Positions 21,960 through 36,049 of a stretch of DNA of 64,000 nt are shown in pieces (position 1 is the first letter of the stretch; each line of letters begins with the position of its first letter). The translations under genes were made by a program, and so were the position numbers. Source of the DNA: Lama glama (taxonomy: Eukaryota); assembly GCA_028534125.1 (NCBI GenBank), contig CM052823.1, positions 26,970,001-27,034,000 of the forward strand, in the 5' to 3' direction. The notes under the pieces are model-generated. The model ran no database searches and was not told where the DNA came from. It was given only the letters and a program-made list of their open reading frames with translations.

Positions 21960-24900
21960 TTAAAAAAATAAAGCCTATTAATAGAAAAACTCATGGTCAG
22001 AGCTAGTAAGTCCCAGGTTTCTGGATTCAAACTGTTCTAACTCTGAAACCCATGCTCTTAACCCATGTTCTTTGCTGGCTGTGGAGAAGGTGACACCCAA
22101 AACAAGGTATCCTGAAGGGACCGCCAACCAGGCTGGAGGTCACCAAGCAACCTACAGACTGGCAGTCTCCTAGGGATGAACTTGGCTTGACACTGGTCTA
22201 GGCATGTACAAGGCACCCCATCACTGAAACACCCAGGGTTTGGACAAGCTGCTGCACAGAGAACCACCTTGGAGGACAAGCAGGCCTTCACAGGCTAATT
22301 CCAAAGCTGCAAATGCACGGACAGTGATGCATCTTCTCAGGCCCTCTCACTTACTGCTGAAATAGTCTCTGTCAGGCCTACTGGGCTCCCAGTGCTAAGT
22401 GCTGGGGAGTGATGGATGATGCCGTGGCCCAGCCTCCCTCCTCTTGGCCACACCCTGCGCTGCGCTCCCATAGTCCCCTCTATGAAAGACACTGGGGAAG
22501 GACACATCTGAGATGAATGGAGGGATAGATGGATCCTGACATCTCATTATTTGAACCGCACTGCCAGCCCGATGTTCCCCAGAGAGCCTGGAAATAACAT
22601 CAACTGTGAGTACATCCCGCCTCCACCCCGTCCGCCTGACCAGCAGCCCGGCTGGAGCTGTGGGCCCATGGAGGGTGGGCAAGAGCTGCCCATGCACAGA
22701 ACCCCTGCAGGAGGACCCTGCCCCGGGCCTAGTCTCTAGAGGGACCGTCCCAGGAAGACAGCTGGACCTGTGGAGAGGAGACCGCTGGGTTGGGTGGTCC
22801 TGGAGAACATCCACCAGCAGCCCAAGGCCTCCACGCTCCCCTGAGAGCCTAGCTCCCAACCTCAAGGACAGGAATGTGAAGGCTCCAGGGAGTACTTATC
22901 TCCTTAAGGGCTGCCTCTCTGTAGTGTTCCCACCTCCCAGGAGCCAGTCCTGAGCTCCCTGAGGTCAGAGCCATTGGGGGAGATTTCCCCGTGTCTGCTG
23001 GGCCCAGCCTCGTGCCACACACAGACGCTTGGGATGGTGACAACGGCTGTGGCGGCCGGCGGCCGTGCTGTGATATTCCGAGTTGGTGCCATGCCCGGGG
23101 CTGGACAGATCGGGCAGAGCCCCCGTGGACTTGAAATCCATTTCAGGAAAGACAGAAGGAGGGAAGGAAGGAGGGAGGGGGGAGGGGAGGGAGAACGTTC
23201 TGGCTTGAACCCTGGATTGCTAGAAGGACCCAAGCTGTCCAACTGTGAGAGTGAGAATGAGAGCCTTTGTGTCCTTCCCACGGGCGAAAAGAATGGTTGC
23301 TAACTCTGCCCCCGTCTGCCTCCTGGCCTGGGGTCAGGGAAATGGAATGCAGCCTCCAGCTGACGTTGGAGGAGCTAAAATAAGAGAAAAGTTGCAGAAA
23401 CTCCCAAAGAGTATGCCACCGAATATCCCGCAAGTCAACTGAGGGAAATAATCATGTTTATTTATTTAGGACTTAAGGCCGCTCTGTGGGCTCAGGAAAC
23501 CTCTGAGCCCTCATAACACACCCACCCATTGCCCAATAAACATTGATTGAGAGCCACCCATCTACTGGGCTCTGGAACACCCTTCTGCAAGTTCCAAGGA
23601 TCACCTGATTCATCCTCTGTTTACGGATGCTTGAGTCCGCTCACTCATTCATTCATACACCCTTTCATTCAGCATTCATACACTATTTCATTCCTGCTGC
23701 TGTGCCAGGAAGTGGAAAGAATGCTTCTGACACTGTCCCCATCTCCAGGTTGCATCCTTCCTGCACCTCATTCAGAGCTTCCTTGGGGCTGCAGAGAATG
23801 TCCTGGAAGAGCATCTCTAGCAAAGTTCCTCTCAGGGCCTCAGAACTGAGCTAGACATCCTCAAAGAGGCTGTTAGGAAGCACCTGCTGCTCTGTCCCTC
23901 AGACCCTTAGCCTCTGATGGTCCAACCCTCCTCCGAGGTTCGACCCTTCACCTGTGACACACCTTGTGGAGGAAGGCGCCAGGGAAACGCCAGGTCCTGC
24001 TCGTTCCTGAGGTCTCAGCTCTGCTTTCACGTTGACCCAGCATCCCTAGGGTTTGGTGCTGAAACATCAGCTGGCCCTGGATACTGAGGAAGGGCAGGAT
24101 GTGACCTCTGCAGGCTCTCACTTCCTCTCTCTCCAGCCCCTCCCTGGCCTCCCCCCAGTCACCGCCCAGACCTCTTCCACTCGGTATCTAACCAGTTCAC
24201 ACGCCCACACCATGGCTCACTTCCCTCCAGCTCTTGAACTCTCCTTGCCCTTTGGCCCTGGTCTTTCATCCTGACACTTTCGAGCCTTTGAGTGTCCCAC
24301 GGCTACCTCTAACTCAATGCCTCAAAACGAATTCTTCGTTGATCCCCAAAGTAGCTGCTTCTGCTGGGTTGCCTGCTGCAGAGATGGGCAGTCCCAGCCA
24401 CCTGGTCCTCCAAGTAACAAGTCCAGGGGTCACCCCTGGGGCCCTCCTCCATGCTGCACAGCCTGATTCAAACCCTGCCCTGGGTATCCGATGCACAGAC
24501 TACTAGTGTTAAATCAACAAATATGTACTGAAAGTTGAGTTTGCACAGACACTGTACAGGAAGTCGGGAGGACAGAAATAAACAAAAGTACGGCCCATAC
24601 TTTTAGGAAATCTAGGAATCTAGATCAACCCTCTTTCCTCCCCCATCCCACACCAGGCCAGGCCAAAGAGGATCACGAAGAAACCCTCACCCTCGACCAT
24701 AGATCACAGGGAGCACCAGAACTGGCCACGGAACCTCATCCACCCCACTCCCAGCTGGGCAGGATTCCGGCGATGGCGCAGCCACCGTACACTGGTGACC
24801 AGCGAAGGCTGCCTCCCTTCTCCCCTCATCCAAACGGGAAGTTTGTTATGCCATCCTGTTCCCCTAGCCATACTGCTTACTAAGCATATTGGCGAGGGGT

Positions 24901-25409
24901 AAATGCATCCTCTGGCTCTAGGCTGCAGGACCATGAGGAGCTATATCTGGATCAGCCTGAGAGACCCAAGATCCTGGGCTGGGAGCCAGTTGGAGCCACC
25001 AGATGGGACTTGCACTGCTGCCCTTTCTGGAGGGGGTGAGGGCACTTGGGGCTGTTTGTGGAATTCTTATACCACGTGGCACTGACATCTGTGCTTTCCT
25101 TCTCTTTCTTTTCCACCAGATGGTGAGCCTCTCATCTTTGAGCTCCCAGCACCTGGCACATAGTAGGTACTGAGTGGATGTTTACTGAATAAAGGAATGA
25201 ATGAGCGAGGGAATGGATGAATGAATGGATACCTAGATAGTGTCTCTGCTTTCAGCTTACTTATAATCAGCTGGGGAGAGAACCACAGCAAATAAATCAG
25301 ACACAACACGTGACCTTCGGTGGCTTTCGCTCCCTCTCAGGGGACAAGCTCACAGGGGCCCAGGAGACTCTCTGAGCGGATGCCCTGTCACCTCACTGGA
25401 CTCAGCTCC

Positions 25410-25870
25410 TACTGTTCCCCCTCCCTGGCTCTGCTCCAGTCATGGTGTCCTCCTTATGTTCCTTGAGCCTGCCAGCACCTTTCCCCTTAGCGCCTTTGCC
25501 CCTTCTGCCTTCTTTCTGGAAAGCTCTTCTCCCAAGTGTCTCCAGGGCTCCCTCCTTCACACCCCACAGGGCTCTGCTCACACCACACCTCCTCTGTGAG
25601 CCTTCCCCAACCACCATCTGTAAAACTGTGGCCTCAGCCCCACCCTCACCTTCCCTGCCCTCCTGCCCGCTTTAATCTTTCCTTCCAGCACTCAGCACCA
25701 TCTGATGTTCTGTGTGTTGTTTGCTTATTTATGTTATCTTTTTGACTGCTTCTTCCCACAAGAATGTAAGCTTCACCAGGGCAGGGATTGTCTGTTTTGT
25801 TTAATGCTGGATCCCAAAGCCCAGAACAGTGCCCAACAGGACTCAAAAGCAATGGCTAATGAATACATGA
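25410..25870 (+). mobile_element. L2 3' fragment
   Basis: agaatgtaagcttcaccagggcagggatt..tctgttttgtt, cccagaacagtgcc. Confidence 0.65.
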
Positions 25871-26039
25871 GAGATGAGCTGTCATGACTGCAAGCATCCC
25901 TCTTCCCCTCCCCCCAACACACTTCGCTAACACAGAACTGAGGTGTACCAAGGAGGTGATAGGGTAGCTTTTTCTTGTCTTAGGGGGTCTCCTCACTCAC
26001 ATGCTCCTGGAAGGGCTGTTAATCACTGTCCTCCCATCC

Positions 26040-26470
26040 CACCACACACTACCCTGGCTAAGCAGATCTTACCACTGCACCCCAGACACAGGGGACTGGT
26101 TCAGGAGCAGTCATGTGACTCAATCTGGGCCAATCAGAACCCATCCTGAGACTTCTATAAGATGAGCTCTTCTCATCAGCACTGCTAAGTTTGGGAGGTG
26201 AGAATCTTCTTTCCTATCACATGGAGAAATCTTGTCTGGAGAATGAAACCAAAGAAGAAAGACTCAAAGCCAAGAGATGGAAAGAAAGAGCTCTAATGAT
26301 ATTGTTTGAGGTCCCTGGAGCTAATCATATCTAATCCAAATTCACTTTGGGTTTTTCCTATCTCTCTCTATCTGTCTATCTACTTACCTCCCTACTACCT
26401 ACCTATCTGCATTTTTTTCCCTCTTGAACTAATCTGAGTTGCCTGTTCTTCTCTAATAACCAAAAGTTCA
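26040..26470 (+). mobile_element. Ancient ERVL LTR (LTR16-like)
   Basis: gactggttcagg...catgtgactcaatctgggccaatcaga, gccaagagatgga.agaaa...atgatattgtttgag..cctgga. Confidence 0.6.
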
Positions 26471-28046
26471 GAAATCAGTCCTTTGGTCCTTTCAATGAAA
26501 AGAAAATCACTCTCCAAAAGTAAGAAAGAAAAATCAAAAGCAAAAACCAACAACTGAGCCACCAATGGCAATGACACAGCATAGATGGAAGCCATCCATT
26601 CCAGGATTTTCAGGCTGGGGTCTCCGGCAACTTCAGCCAAGAGCTGGATGAGGCATTTCCAGCTTTCCCCAGCAGGCAGGGCTGTGGTCAGGCTTTGGTT
26701 GGGAAGTTCCATCTGGACCACAGTTTAAGAGACCCTTCAGTTGCCATGGCGAGGAACAAGGGCTGGGAAGATGGCTGCTGAGTGCCAGCCTGATGAGCCT
26801 CCCACAGTCCCACAGCCTCCCGCTGAGAGTTCTTGGTGAAGTTTAGGTGGCCACCTCCTACCCAGTCTGTCTCTTCTGGAAGTGCCAAATCCAGCACTTC
26901 CACATCCAATAAGGTCAATCACATCTGAAATTATTTAAGCTGAAATAATGACTCTGCTCTATAAAATGGGAAGAATTATTTCTCATCTTGGAGGCTTTTA
27001 TTTTCAGTCCATCACTTCGATTAAACTTTGAAACCTGCCTGACTTGCATCCATTTTTTTCCAGCTGGATTTGCTTATTTCTTCTCAACTACTAAATTTAG
27101 GAAACAAACAGCCAAGGGGAAGGTTTAAAATAAGAAAGGAAAATATCTTCCATGTCATTTTCATCAAAAACAGTTCAACCCAAATCTCCAAGCCTTATAA
27201 ACTTTTAAAATATACACGTACCCCTAAATTTTAAATTTAAACAACTCGAGTTCCTTTTAAATAACTGCTGCCCAATTTCCTTTTACTGCCAGTAAAACAG
27301 GTACCCACTGGGTTTGCCTTTCACTAAATTCGACGAAACTACAAATAAAAAGGCTCTGGTCCTATTTATGGATGGCTCCTGACTTTTTTTCCCCCTGTGT
27401 CGGCTTTAAACCCAAAACACCTGGAGAACAAAATGTGATTCCCAAGCACTCCTGAATCCCCTGGGAACAAAATCTCATCTGATGCTGTGTCCCAAGTTGA
27501 AAGACTGCCATCCATTATGAGAGCTGGGGCACAGCACATGTCACCATCTCAGAGCGCACTGTCTCAGCTTCCACCTCTCCCAAATGAAAAGTCGGGTCCC
27601 CTGGGTCTCCCTGCAAGCTGCTGGGTTCTGGGGAAGTAGCCAACCCTGCTCATACTGCCAGTGCTCCTGTCCAACCAGACAAGATGCTGGCGGTGGCACC
27701 TGGCTGGGAACCTCAGCTTGGGTACAGAGGAAACTCACCTAGGTTACCAAGAGTCTCTGAGGGGCCGCCCCAGACGTGTTCCCATCTTCATTTTCACATC
27801 ACCTCAAAGGGACTTATCATAGGGGTTACAAGCCTGGGCTTTGAAATCTGATGGCCCTGGGCTAGAACACCAGTGCTAACTGTTCTCTGGCTTTGGAAAG
27901 TCACCTACCCTTTCTGAGCATGCTTCTTCATCTGGAAAATGGAGATTATGGTGAGGATTAAAGGGGATAATGTAAAACATGTTTAGCACAGTAACTGGCA
28001 CATAAATTATAATTATTAATTATTATTGGCTCGCCTGCCTTTTTTA

Positions 28047-28222
28047 CCAGTGGCTCGTCCCCGCTCCCCACATTAGAAACATCTGGGAAGATTTTTAACC
28101 ACCTGATGTCCAGGCTCTACGCAAGACTGATTAAATCAGAATCTCTGGCGGTGGGGTGCAAGCACAAGGGGTTCTTAAAGCTCTCCAGGTGTTCCAATGT
28201 GTTACCAATGCTGCGCTGCTGC
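28047..28222. mobile_element. MER5A-like hAT MITE
   Basis: cacattagaa.catctggg, gattaaatcagaatctctgg, aagctctccaggtg.tcc.aatgtg. Confidence 0.7.
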
Positions 28223-29019
28223 TTCATATGGATGCAAGATGGTGAGTGACTGCTAGTCACGGCCGCTGAAATCACAGGACCAAGAACTAGGCGGGATCTT
28301 AGAGGCCATCTCCCCTGACCCCTTGCCAGGAGCCTCACTGGATTTTTTTGGCCAGTTTTTGTACTGATCCAGGGTTTCATCAGCAGCAGAACCAACTGCA
28401 ATCAGCTAGAGCCTCCAGTGTTACTATAGCAACCCCACCATGCAACACTTATGCTCACAGGCCTGGGAAGTTCTAGTTTAATTACATACTGAGGAGCACA
28501 TGGTAGGGGGCTGCCTGGGAAGCACACCCTGGGCTTCCAGATAGATTTCCCACCATGCCTGACTTCTCCAGGGTGCTGATGACTGCACAGCTTTATGTGG
28601 TCTCACCAAGAAAGAGTTCCAGTGGTTCTACTGATCTCACCAAGAAAGAGGGGGGAGTGGCTAGCAAATTCTCCATTCCCTTAGGGATCTGAGCCAACCA
28701 GGGTCCTCTATTTGAGGCTGGGACAAGGCATCGGGCTCAGGCCATCTCTGCTCAGATCCAGGGATATTCTAGGCCCAATCAAGCTCTCCAGGTCTCATTT
28801 CCCATTCTCTGCCTGGCCCAGAGGCCATCTAGGGATGGAGGGATTCTGAAAGTGATCCATGCTAGGAATATGTGGTGTGATAACTCAGTTTCCCCCTGCT
28901 TATCAGTTTACCCATCTTGAGTAGAGCACTCTTGGGACTGTGAAGGGTACCAGAACCCTGCCGTCCCCTCCCAGCCACAACTGCTGCAGAGAATGAGGAA
29001 AGATTAAGCCTCTTCTATC

Positions 29020-29250
29020 GATACTGTCTGCTCACTGAGGGCCTGCAATGAGCTGGATGTGTTACGAGATGCTTACTTCTATCTTTGAGTAGTCCTGCCA
29101 AATGGGTGCTCTTTTTAATCCCTATTTTACAGAGGTGGAAACTGAGGCCCAGAGAGGGAAAAATCACACATCCAAGGGCACACAGCTGCTGAGTGGTTGG
29201 GCTGGCACTGGAATTGAGGCTGTCTGGCTGCAAAGCCTAAGCACAAAGCT
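29020..29250 (-). mobile_element. MIR
   Basis: attttacagaggtggaaactgaggcccagagagg...ccaagggcacacagct. Confidence 0.7.
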
Positions 29251-30899
29251 TCCTCTGTGTGCCTTCAGACTAGTCCTAGGCCAGATGTGCTTGGCATCCC
29301 CTTCCATCTCTGTGTCCCTCAGCTCCAAAGCAAGCTGGCCTCTGGTGCTTGGAACACGATCAGGCCCTGACAAGTGCAAGCTCGAGGTGGCCCCCTTCCT
29401 GGGCTCAGGGTTCAGAGCTTCAGTTCATGGCTCTGATGGAGACCTGCCCAGTGCTGTCATCTCTTGGCCAGACATGAGCATGGAAACCCTTCTCTGCTTA
29501 CAGCTGGAAAGAACATGGAAAAAATGAATAGTATAAGAGTTTGTATTACTCAGACCAAAACAGCACATAACCAAATTGCCTCAGGTCAGCCCAGGCCCTC
29601 CTTTCTTCCCAGCCAGGGACACCCTCAGGATCCTGGTGACCTTCAGCTGCAGTCACTGCAAAGGGGGACAAAGCTGGTTCCTGTTTAGGTGCTTGTCTGC
29701 TTGCTAGAATCAATCCCCTAAACAACACTGCCATGCTCTACGGCTGAGAGAAGGGAAACGAACAGAAGGAACTGCCATGACAGGGCAGTGACAGCAGTGA
29801 CAGGGCAACCTCGGGGCTCCCCAGGCTCAATGCACACTCTCCTGGCCAACAGATGGCACAAGTCACCACCCCGTTCTACTCTAGTCACGCAAGTGTTAAT
29901 ATGCCCACGTTTGTATGTTATCATTGCAATTGGAGTGTTTCATGCTCAGAATCTATTAGACTGGCTCAGAATCTATCTAGCTGTCAGATAGTAACTAGAA
30001 AAATAAAAGCAATACTGGGCCATGTAACACATAGAACACATACAGCATGACTACTTCGAGGGTGGCAACAGCCTCCTGTCTCATCACTGAGGTCGGGACC
30101 AGCTGGACCAGGATCAAATTCATCCCACTGGCACTCAGCAAGTCCCTGATCGTGGACTGGGCATCTCAGTTTGTAACACTTTTCAGAACAGAGAGCCACA
30201 TTAGAGTAGTGGCTGATACAGTACATGACTGGCATTGTGGGTCAAGTTTAGAAGTGCATCACCTGTGGGTCATGACTAATATAATTAAACAATTAGGTTA
30301 TACCCATCAGTAGGAGAGAGCATGACAGAGGCAGATTTTAAAAATCAGATTAAACAAACAGAAAAAGGAGGCAGGGGATGGGAACTGGAAAACGCAGCCT
30401 ACTTCATGGACAGATTTCTTCAAGGGCCATGGCTGGGGCAGGTACAACTTGTCCCCTAAACAGGACCATGCTCTGGGACTGACACCTCTCACTGCAGCCC
30501 AGCGTTTTATCTAGGTACAGAATACAAAATGGCCATAAAATCTGGAAACAGGGATAATACTCAAATTTATTTAACAAATAGAGCCCTTTTGATTACTTCT
30601 TCTGGGAACTGCTAAAGACACAGTTTCAGTCCATGAGAAATCAGAGACACAAATCATCTGATCGCCATGTATCACACACAGATGCACGTGCTGGGGTCCA
30701 CAGAAATGTGGTTTTATGTACCATATTCACTGCAGATTTGCAGAGTGTGTGGAACCAGGCATTGTGGATTAACAACAAAAATGATGTCATGCATTGTCAT
30801 GTAATCTAAATAAACAACTTGTTATATGTGTTTATCTGTGTTTTCCTCGATGGACACTCTGTAGCTAAACAGAACCTTAAAGGGAAGATGTAGCTCATT

Positions 30900-32290
30900 C
30901 TTGAAAAAGATTCAGTGATATAAAGATATAAATCCTCCCTGACTAAATCTACAAACTCGTTGCAATCCTGATTAAATAACAACTGTTCTGTGGGGCGGGG
31001 AGGATTCAGCTGAAAGAGTTTAAACATGAGTGAACAAACAGGATTGAAAAAAAAATCTGAAAAAAAAAGATAGAGAAACATGCCTACCAGATATTAAGAC
31101 ACATTAAGGACTGAGGACTTTATAAAGCAAGATACTACTGGCATAAAACCAAATAGATCAATAAAAGGAAACAGAGAGGTCAGAAATAGACCCAAGTATA
31201 TATGAAGGGTTGGCATAAGATACAGTTGCATTTCAAAAGGCAGGGGGAAGGGACAGACTTGTTATTCAGTGAATGATGTTAGGAAAAGTGACTAGACAAT
31301 ACAGAAACAAATAAAGCTGAATTCATTTCTTAAACCCAAACAAATTCTAGGTGGCTCAAAAATTTAGATTTTTTTTNNNNNNNNNNNNNNNNNNNNNNNN
31401 NNNNNNNNNNNNNNNNNNNNNNNNNNNNNNNNNNNNNNNNNNNNNNNNNNNNNNNNNNNNNNNNNNNNNNNNNNNNNNNNNNNNNNNNNNNNNNNNNNNN
31501 NNNNNNNNNNNNNNNNNNNNNNNNNNNNNNNNNNNNNNNNNNNNNNNNNNNNNNNNNNNNNNNNNNNNNNNNNNNNNNNNNNNNNNNNNNNNNNNNNNNN
31601 NNNNNNNNNNNNNNNNNNNNNNNNNNNNNNNNNNNNNNNNNNNNNNNNNNNNNNNNNNNNNNNNNNNNNNNNNNNNNNNNNNNNNNNNNNNNNNNNNNNN
31701 NNNNNNNNNNNNNNNNNNNNNNNNNNNNNNNNNNNNNNNNNNNNNNNNNNNNNNNNNNNNNNNNNNNNNNNNNNNNNNNNNNNNNNNNNNNNNNNNNNNN
31801 NNNNNNNNNNNNNNNNNNNNNNNNNNNNNNNNNNNNNNNNNNNNNNNNNNNNNNNNNNNNNNNNNNNNNNNNNNNNAGTGTGTATGCTGGCAAAGATTTG
31901 AAACAGCCGAAATGCCCATTACTGGGGATGGGTAAACAGTCGTGGTAAGGCCACTCCCCAGAAGCGGTAGCTCTAAGCACACTGACCTGAAGAGATGTCC
32001 CAGCATCGTAAGGGGGGAAGTAAGTTGAGGACTCATTTATAAGGCAAGATTCCATTTTCTGTGTAAAAAGAGAGCAAGGCGGAGAGAGCTGGCTACATGT
32101 TTGTGTGCATTTCTATGGCCTTAGAGAAAAGAATCGGAAATCCCACGGTAGGCTGTTAATGTTTAGCTCAGGGAGATGGGATTGGAGTGGGGTGGGGAGC
32201 AGGGGAAGAAGAGAGATTTAATTTTTTCTTTAGATAGCTCTGTACTGTTGTGCTTGTGAAAACAGGTGTGTGTTGCTTTGGTGACTTTTA
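30900..32290 (+). mobile_element. Old L1-like fragments flanking the 500-N gap
   Basis: A-rich ORF2/3'-like strings (cagaaatagacccaagtatatatg, ggcaaagatttgaaacagccgaaatgccca). Confidence 0.55.
31377..31876. other. 500-N scaffold gap in intron 1
   Basis: Exactly 500 N, flanked by old L1-like sequence and a T run. Confidence 0.95.
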
Positions 32291-33174
32291 AAAACCTAAT
32301 AATCCTTTTTAAAGAAGAAAGAATACAGGCTTTAATTCTTGGTTCTGCCCCTCATGAGCTCTCTGTCTGACCTGACATTCTTGTTGTACAATGGGATCAA
32401 TTCCTGACTCGGCCCCTGGCTCCCCGGAGGATTGAATGAAGTCACGTGAGCAGAGAGCTGCCCAAGGGACCAGCAGAGGAAAACAAGGCACAACAAATAG
32501 AGGTGCTTCATTAGACACTATGAGTGAGGGAGTGGGGCCGGGACAGTCAGGGTCCCCCAGGTCTCAGGGAAGCTCATGTTCCACTGGAAGGCTCTGTCAA
32601 GCTCCAGTCCTTCCTGCATCCTCCAGTTGGACCAAGGTTAGGGGTACAGCCCACAGTCCTAAAACCGAGCACGGCTAGCTGAACTTCCCAGAGCTGGGCC
32701 AACCAATGCCCTTGGCCCCTGCCACTGGACAGTCACTCCTTCCTTCCCATGGGGGAAAGATACCACCCCAGGGACTCCACACTGGGCCAGCCCCTCCTCC
32801 ACCTCTACCTCGCACTCCCAGCAAGAGTCCCATCCTCAGCCCTTCTCCCATGGGCCCCAAACTGACGCCCAGCAGTCAGTCAGTGAAACCCAGGTTGTCA
32901 TGTCTAAAGCCAGCCCACCCCACTTTCCCTCCAGCCCCACGCTGAATGCTGTGAAAATCTGCAGATGCTTCAATGGCCATCCTCCAAATCTACAAAGTTT
33001 TCCCTACAGGCTTCAAACATCACCCTGGATTCTGAGTGGGCAAAGGCAAGAATAGTTTTCTGAGATCAGAGAATGTCACCTTGATCCCTGGTAACCCCAG
33101 GGGCAGCAAGGGTGAGAATGGCTTCACTCCAGTCTTGATTCTGGTCGGGATTTCCATTCTGAGCCTGTATGGTT

Positions 33175-33345
33175 GTATGAGTACATGCACATGTGTGTGC
33201 ATGCGGGTGTGCTGGCAGTGGCATGGGTGTGCTTATGCATACACATGGGCACAAGCTTTTGTGAGGACGAGGGCATGTTTGTGTGCATTGGGGTATGTGT
33301 GTGTGCACACACGGGTGTGCTTGTGTATGTGTGGCACACGCATAT
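33175..33345 (+). repeat. Degenerate TG/CA-rich alternating purine-pyrimidine tract
   Basis: Repeated gtgtgc/atgt units. Confidence 0.7.
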
Positions 33346-35478
33346 CTACTTTAAGATATAAAAGCCCTTCAAGAAGGCAGAGGGTTTCACCCCAAAGGTT
33401 AGAGATCTGCTTATTTTGCCATTGACTTTTTTTGTGGGCATACCTCTGAACAGTTTGTAGCATATGGCTGCACCCTAAGAAATGTCCCTCCCTGAAGTTT
33501 GCACACGTGTCTCCTGAAAGCCATCACCTGGGTCTCTATCCCTTCATTTTGCTTCTGGGGTTGCTTGAATTCTTTCATCAACTGAGATCAGCTCCATCAG
33601 GCCCTGAAACACGGCCACCTTGGCATCTTAGGGACAGAATCCGGAGTTGGGGGAGGCGGGGCTCTGGCACCACCCTTACCCCCCAACCCCCAGACTGACA
33701 GCCACGCAGTGAAGCTGGAGGTTCTCGGCAGCCAGCCCAGGGCAGTGTGAGTCACAGTGCCTGGAGATAAGGGAGGAAAGGAAAGACGGACTCGAGGGAG
33801 GGGGGACTCCAGGACTAGGTTGGGGGAGGGAGAATCTGCCCGCCTGCCCTAATTTTCAGTGCCCACATCTATTAAGTAAGGAGGCAGGGGTTGGTGCTTA
33901 TCAAAGGAGGGCCCATGCATCTCAAGGATATGAGGTCATCCAGCCAGGGATACACATAGACATGAGATAATCCCAGCACATCTATCTTTTGTTCAAAGAT
34001 TCAGGAGCTAGGACTTTATTTTTCTATGACACAAGAAGCAGGTACAAACTTCTCGTTTATCTTTAAACGAAACAGGAGACTCTCTTAGTTTTGTGGGGCC
34101 TCAGGCCCTGCCCCAGGCCCCCAGAGAAATGTGTTCCCTCTCCTCAGAAAGGTGACGTGCTCTGGGGACAGGTGTGCATTCTAGAATGCCAGTGGTGAGG
34201 GGAGTAAGTATAGAGTTGCAGACCCTGGCAGGGCCTTCAAGAGACCTGGCTCAAGAATTTACTCGATATGCTTTTTTGAGGCTCTGCATAGGGTTCTGGG
34301 AAGCAACCAGATGGGGTCTGAGTCCCAGCTCCTCACAGTGGGCACATGGATAACTTCACCCAGCCTCAATCTCTGTTCCTGCAAAATGGGGACAATGACA
34401 GAATCTCCTCCACAAGGGCTTTATGAGAATTCACTGAGCTAATTCCTGCAAAGCACAGTGCCTGGCACTCCACGGGATGCAGGCCCTGCTGGTTGAAGCT
34501 TCTGCTGCAACAGCATCCCAGTTCAACTCCTCCCTCTGCGCCTCCAGCAGCCCTCACTCCCTCGCAGGTGCTCATCCCCAGGCACTCCCAGTGAACCCAC
34601 TGCATGCAAGTCTCTGGCTCAAAGCCTGTTTCCTGGGAACCTAAGAGTCTAAGTGAGATCCCTTAGGGAGCCATTGAAGACAGAAGAAACAAGAGGATGA
34701 AGCCCTGAGCCCTGGGCCTTCCAAAGGTTAAGGGTCAGGGAGGAGGAAGCCCCAGTATAGAGAGGGGAGGGAATGGCCAACTGAGTGTGGTCTCTCAGAA
34801 GCCAAGAGTGACAGGGAAAAGAGAGTGACTGACAGTGTCAAAAGCAGCTGATAGACAAGAAGGCTGAGGACCCAGATTAACAAAGGGGTCTAGTCACATG
34901 AAGGTCACTGGTGCCCTTTACAAGAGCATTTCAGAGAAACAGCAGGGACAAAAACCTGACTGAAGTGGACCAAGAAAGAAAGGAAAAATAGACAACTCTT
35001 CCCAGTTTTGCTATTTTAATGGTAGCACAGAGACACAGAAACAGCATGCCATTTCCCCGGGACCACTGCACGCAGTGAAATGGGCCCCTAGGGGTGGACA
35101 CCTGCCCTGGCCACCCTAGTCTCGACCTCACACACAAGTTCTGCCTGCTTTGTCCAGACTTTCCAGCTGTTCCCTGCGGGAAGGCTGCTCCAACACCTCG
35201 TAGCTGGAAGCAGTAAGGCCAGGTCTCAGCCAGCCATCCACGGGTGATGTCTAGAGCTGAGTCTCAGGGCCTCTGAGGACACAGGACACAGCTCTCATCT
35301 CTGGGCCAACCTCTGCAGGACAAAAGCTTCCAGCCTTCCTCCAACATGCCCTCTGCCTGCAGCCCCCACTCCACAGAAGATACCCAATAACACCTGTACC
35401 AGATCATCCCACTGGGCCCCCATATTTAGTTTATTAAATTAAATCTTCTCCCACAAAGACCACTTACTCACAACAGCT

Positions 35479-35492
35479 GTTGCCATGGCAAC
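35479..35492. promoter_or_regulatory. Perfect palindromic RFX X-box GTTGCCATGGCAAC in intron 1
   Basis: Exact 14-bp consensus in apparently non-repetitive sequence, overlapping an E-box CAGCTG on its left. Confidence 0.6.
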
Positions 35493-36049
35493 CAAGCAGC
35501 CAGCCTGCTGTGCTAGCTAACAGCCGCAAGCCTCCCACTGGCTCTTTGGCTTAGTGAACCCAGGGGAAGTTACCCCCAAAGAGTCCAGAGGCCGGAACAT
35601 GGTGGGGGGGAAGTGGGAAGTGAGAGGGGGCGATGGGAGGGTGTTTGTGGGGCACAGAGCTCAGAGCTTTTGTAATTGTCCGTAATTCCCCACCAACAGG
35701 TTGAAACTAGGAGAGCTGTAAATGACTTGTGCCAGGGGGTCCTTAATCTTCTTGTGATGTAGGCCATTTCTCCAACTATAATCCCCCACACACCCTCTAC
35801 TCCCTTTCTGAAAGCTGAAGAAGGAAAGGGCCCTCCAGAGGCAGGGAGGGGACCATACACATCCAGTAGAAAATCCTGCAGGTGCAGGTGAAAGGCACTG
35901 GGCCCCGAGACAACCCCACCCAGAGACAGAGTGGGGCTGGCGTTGGGGGGCCCCAAGGTCGCTCTTGAGATGCTGTAAGCTCTGTGTCCTCCTGACTCGT
36001 CCTGAGAGAAGCTGTTTGTTTGAATCAGTCCTGAATGTCTTTAATCTGG

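Noticed and set aside
25113-25126. CTCF-like CCACCAGATGGTGA
   Set aside because: Falls at the start of an L2 3' tail, where similar strings arise by decay.
28601-28650. Spaced direct repeat TCTCACCAAGAAAGAG x2 (similar short pairs near 10277, 29944 and 38211)
   Set aside because: Only two copies each; ordinary slippage duplications in a eukaryotic intron, not CRISPR-like arrays.
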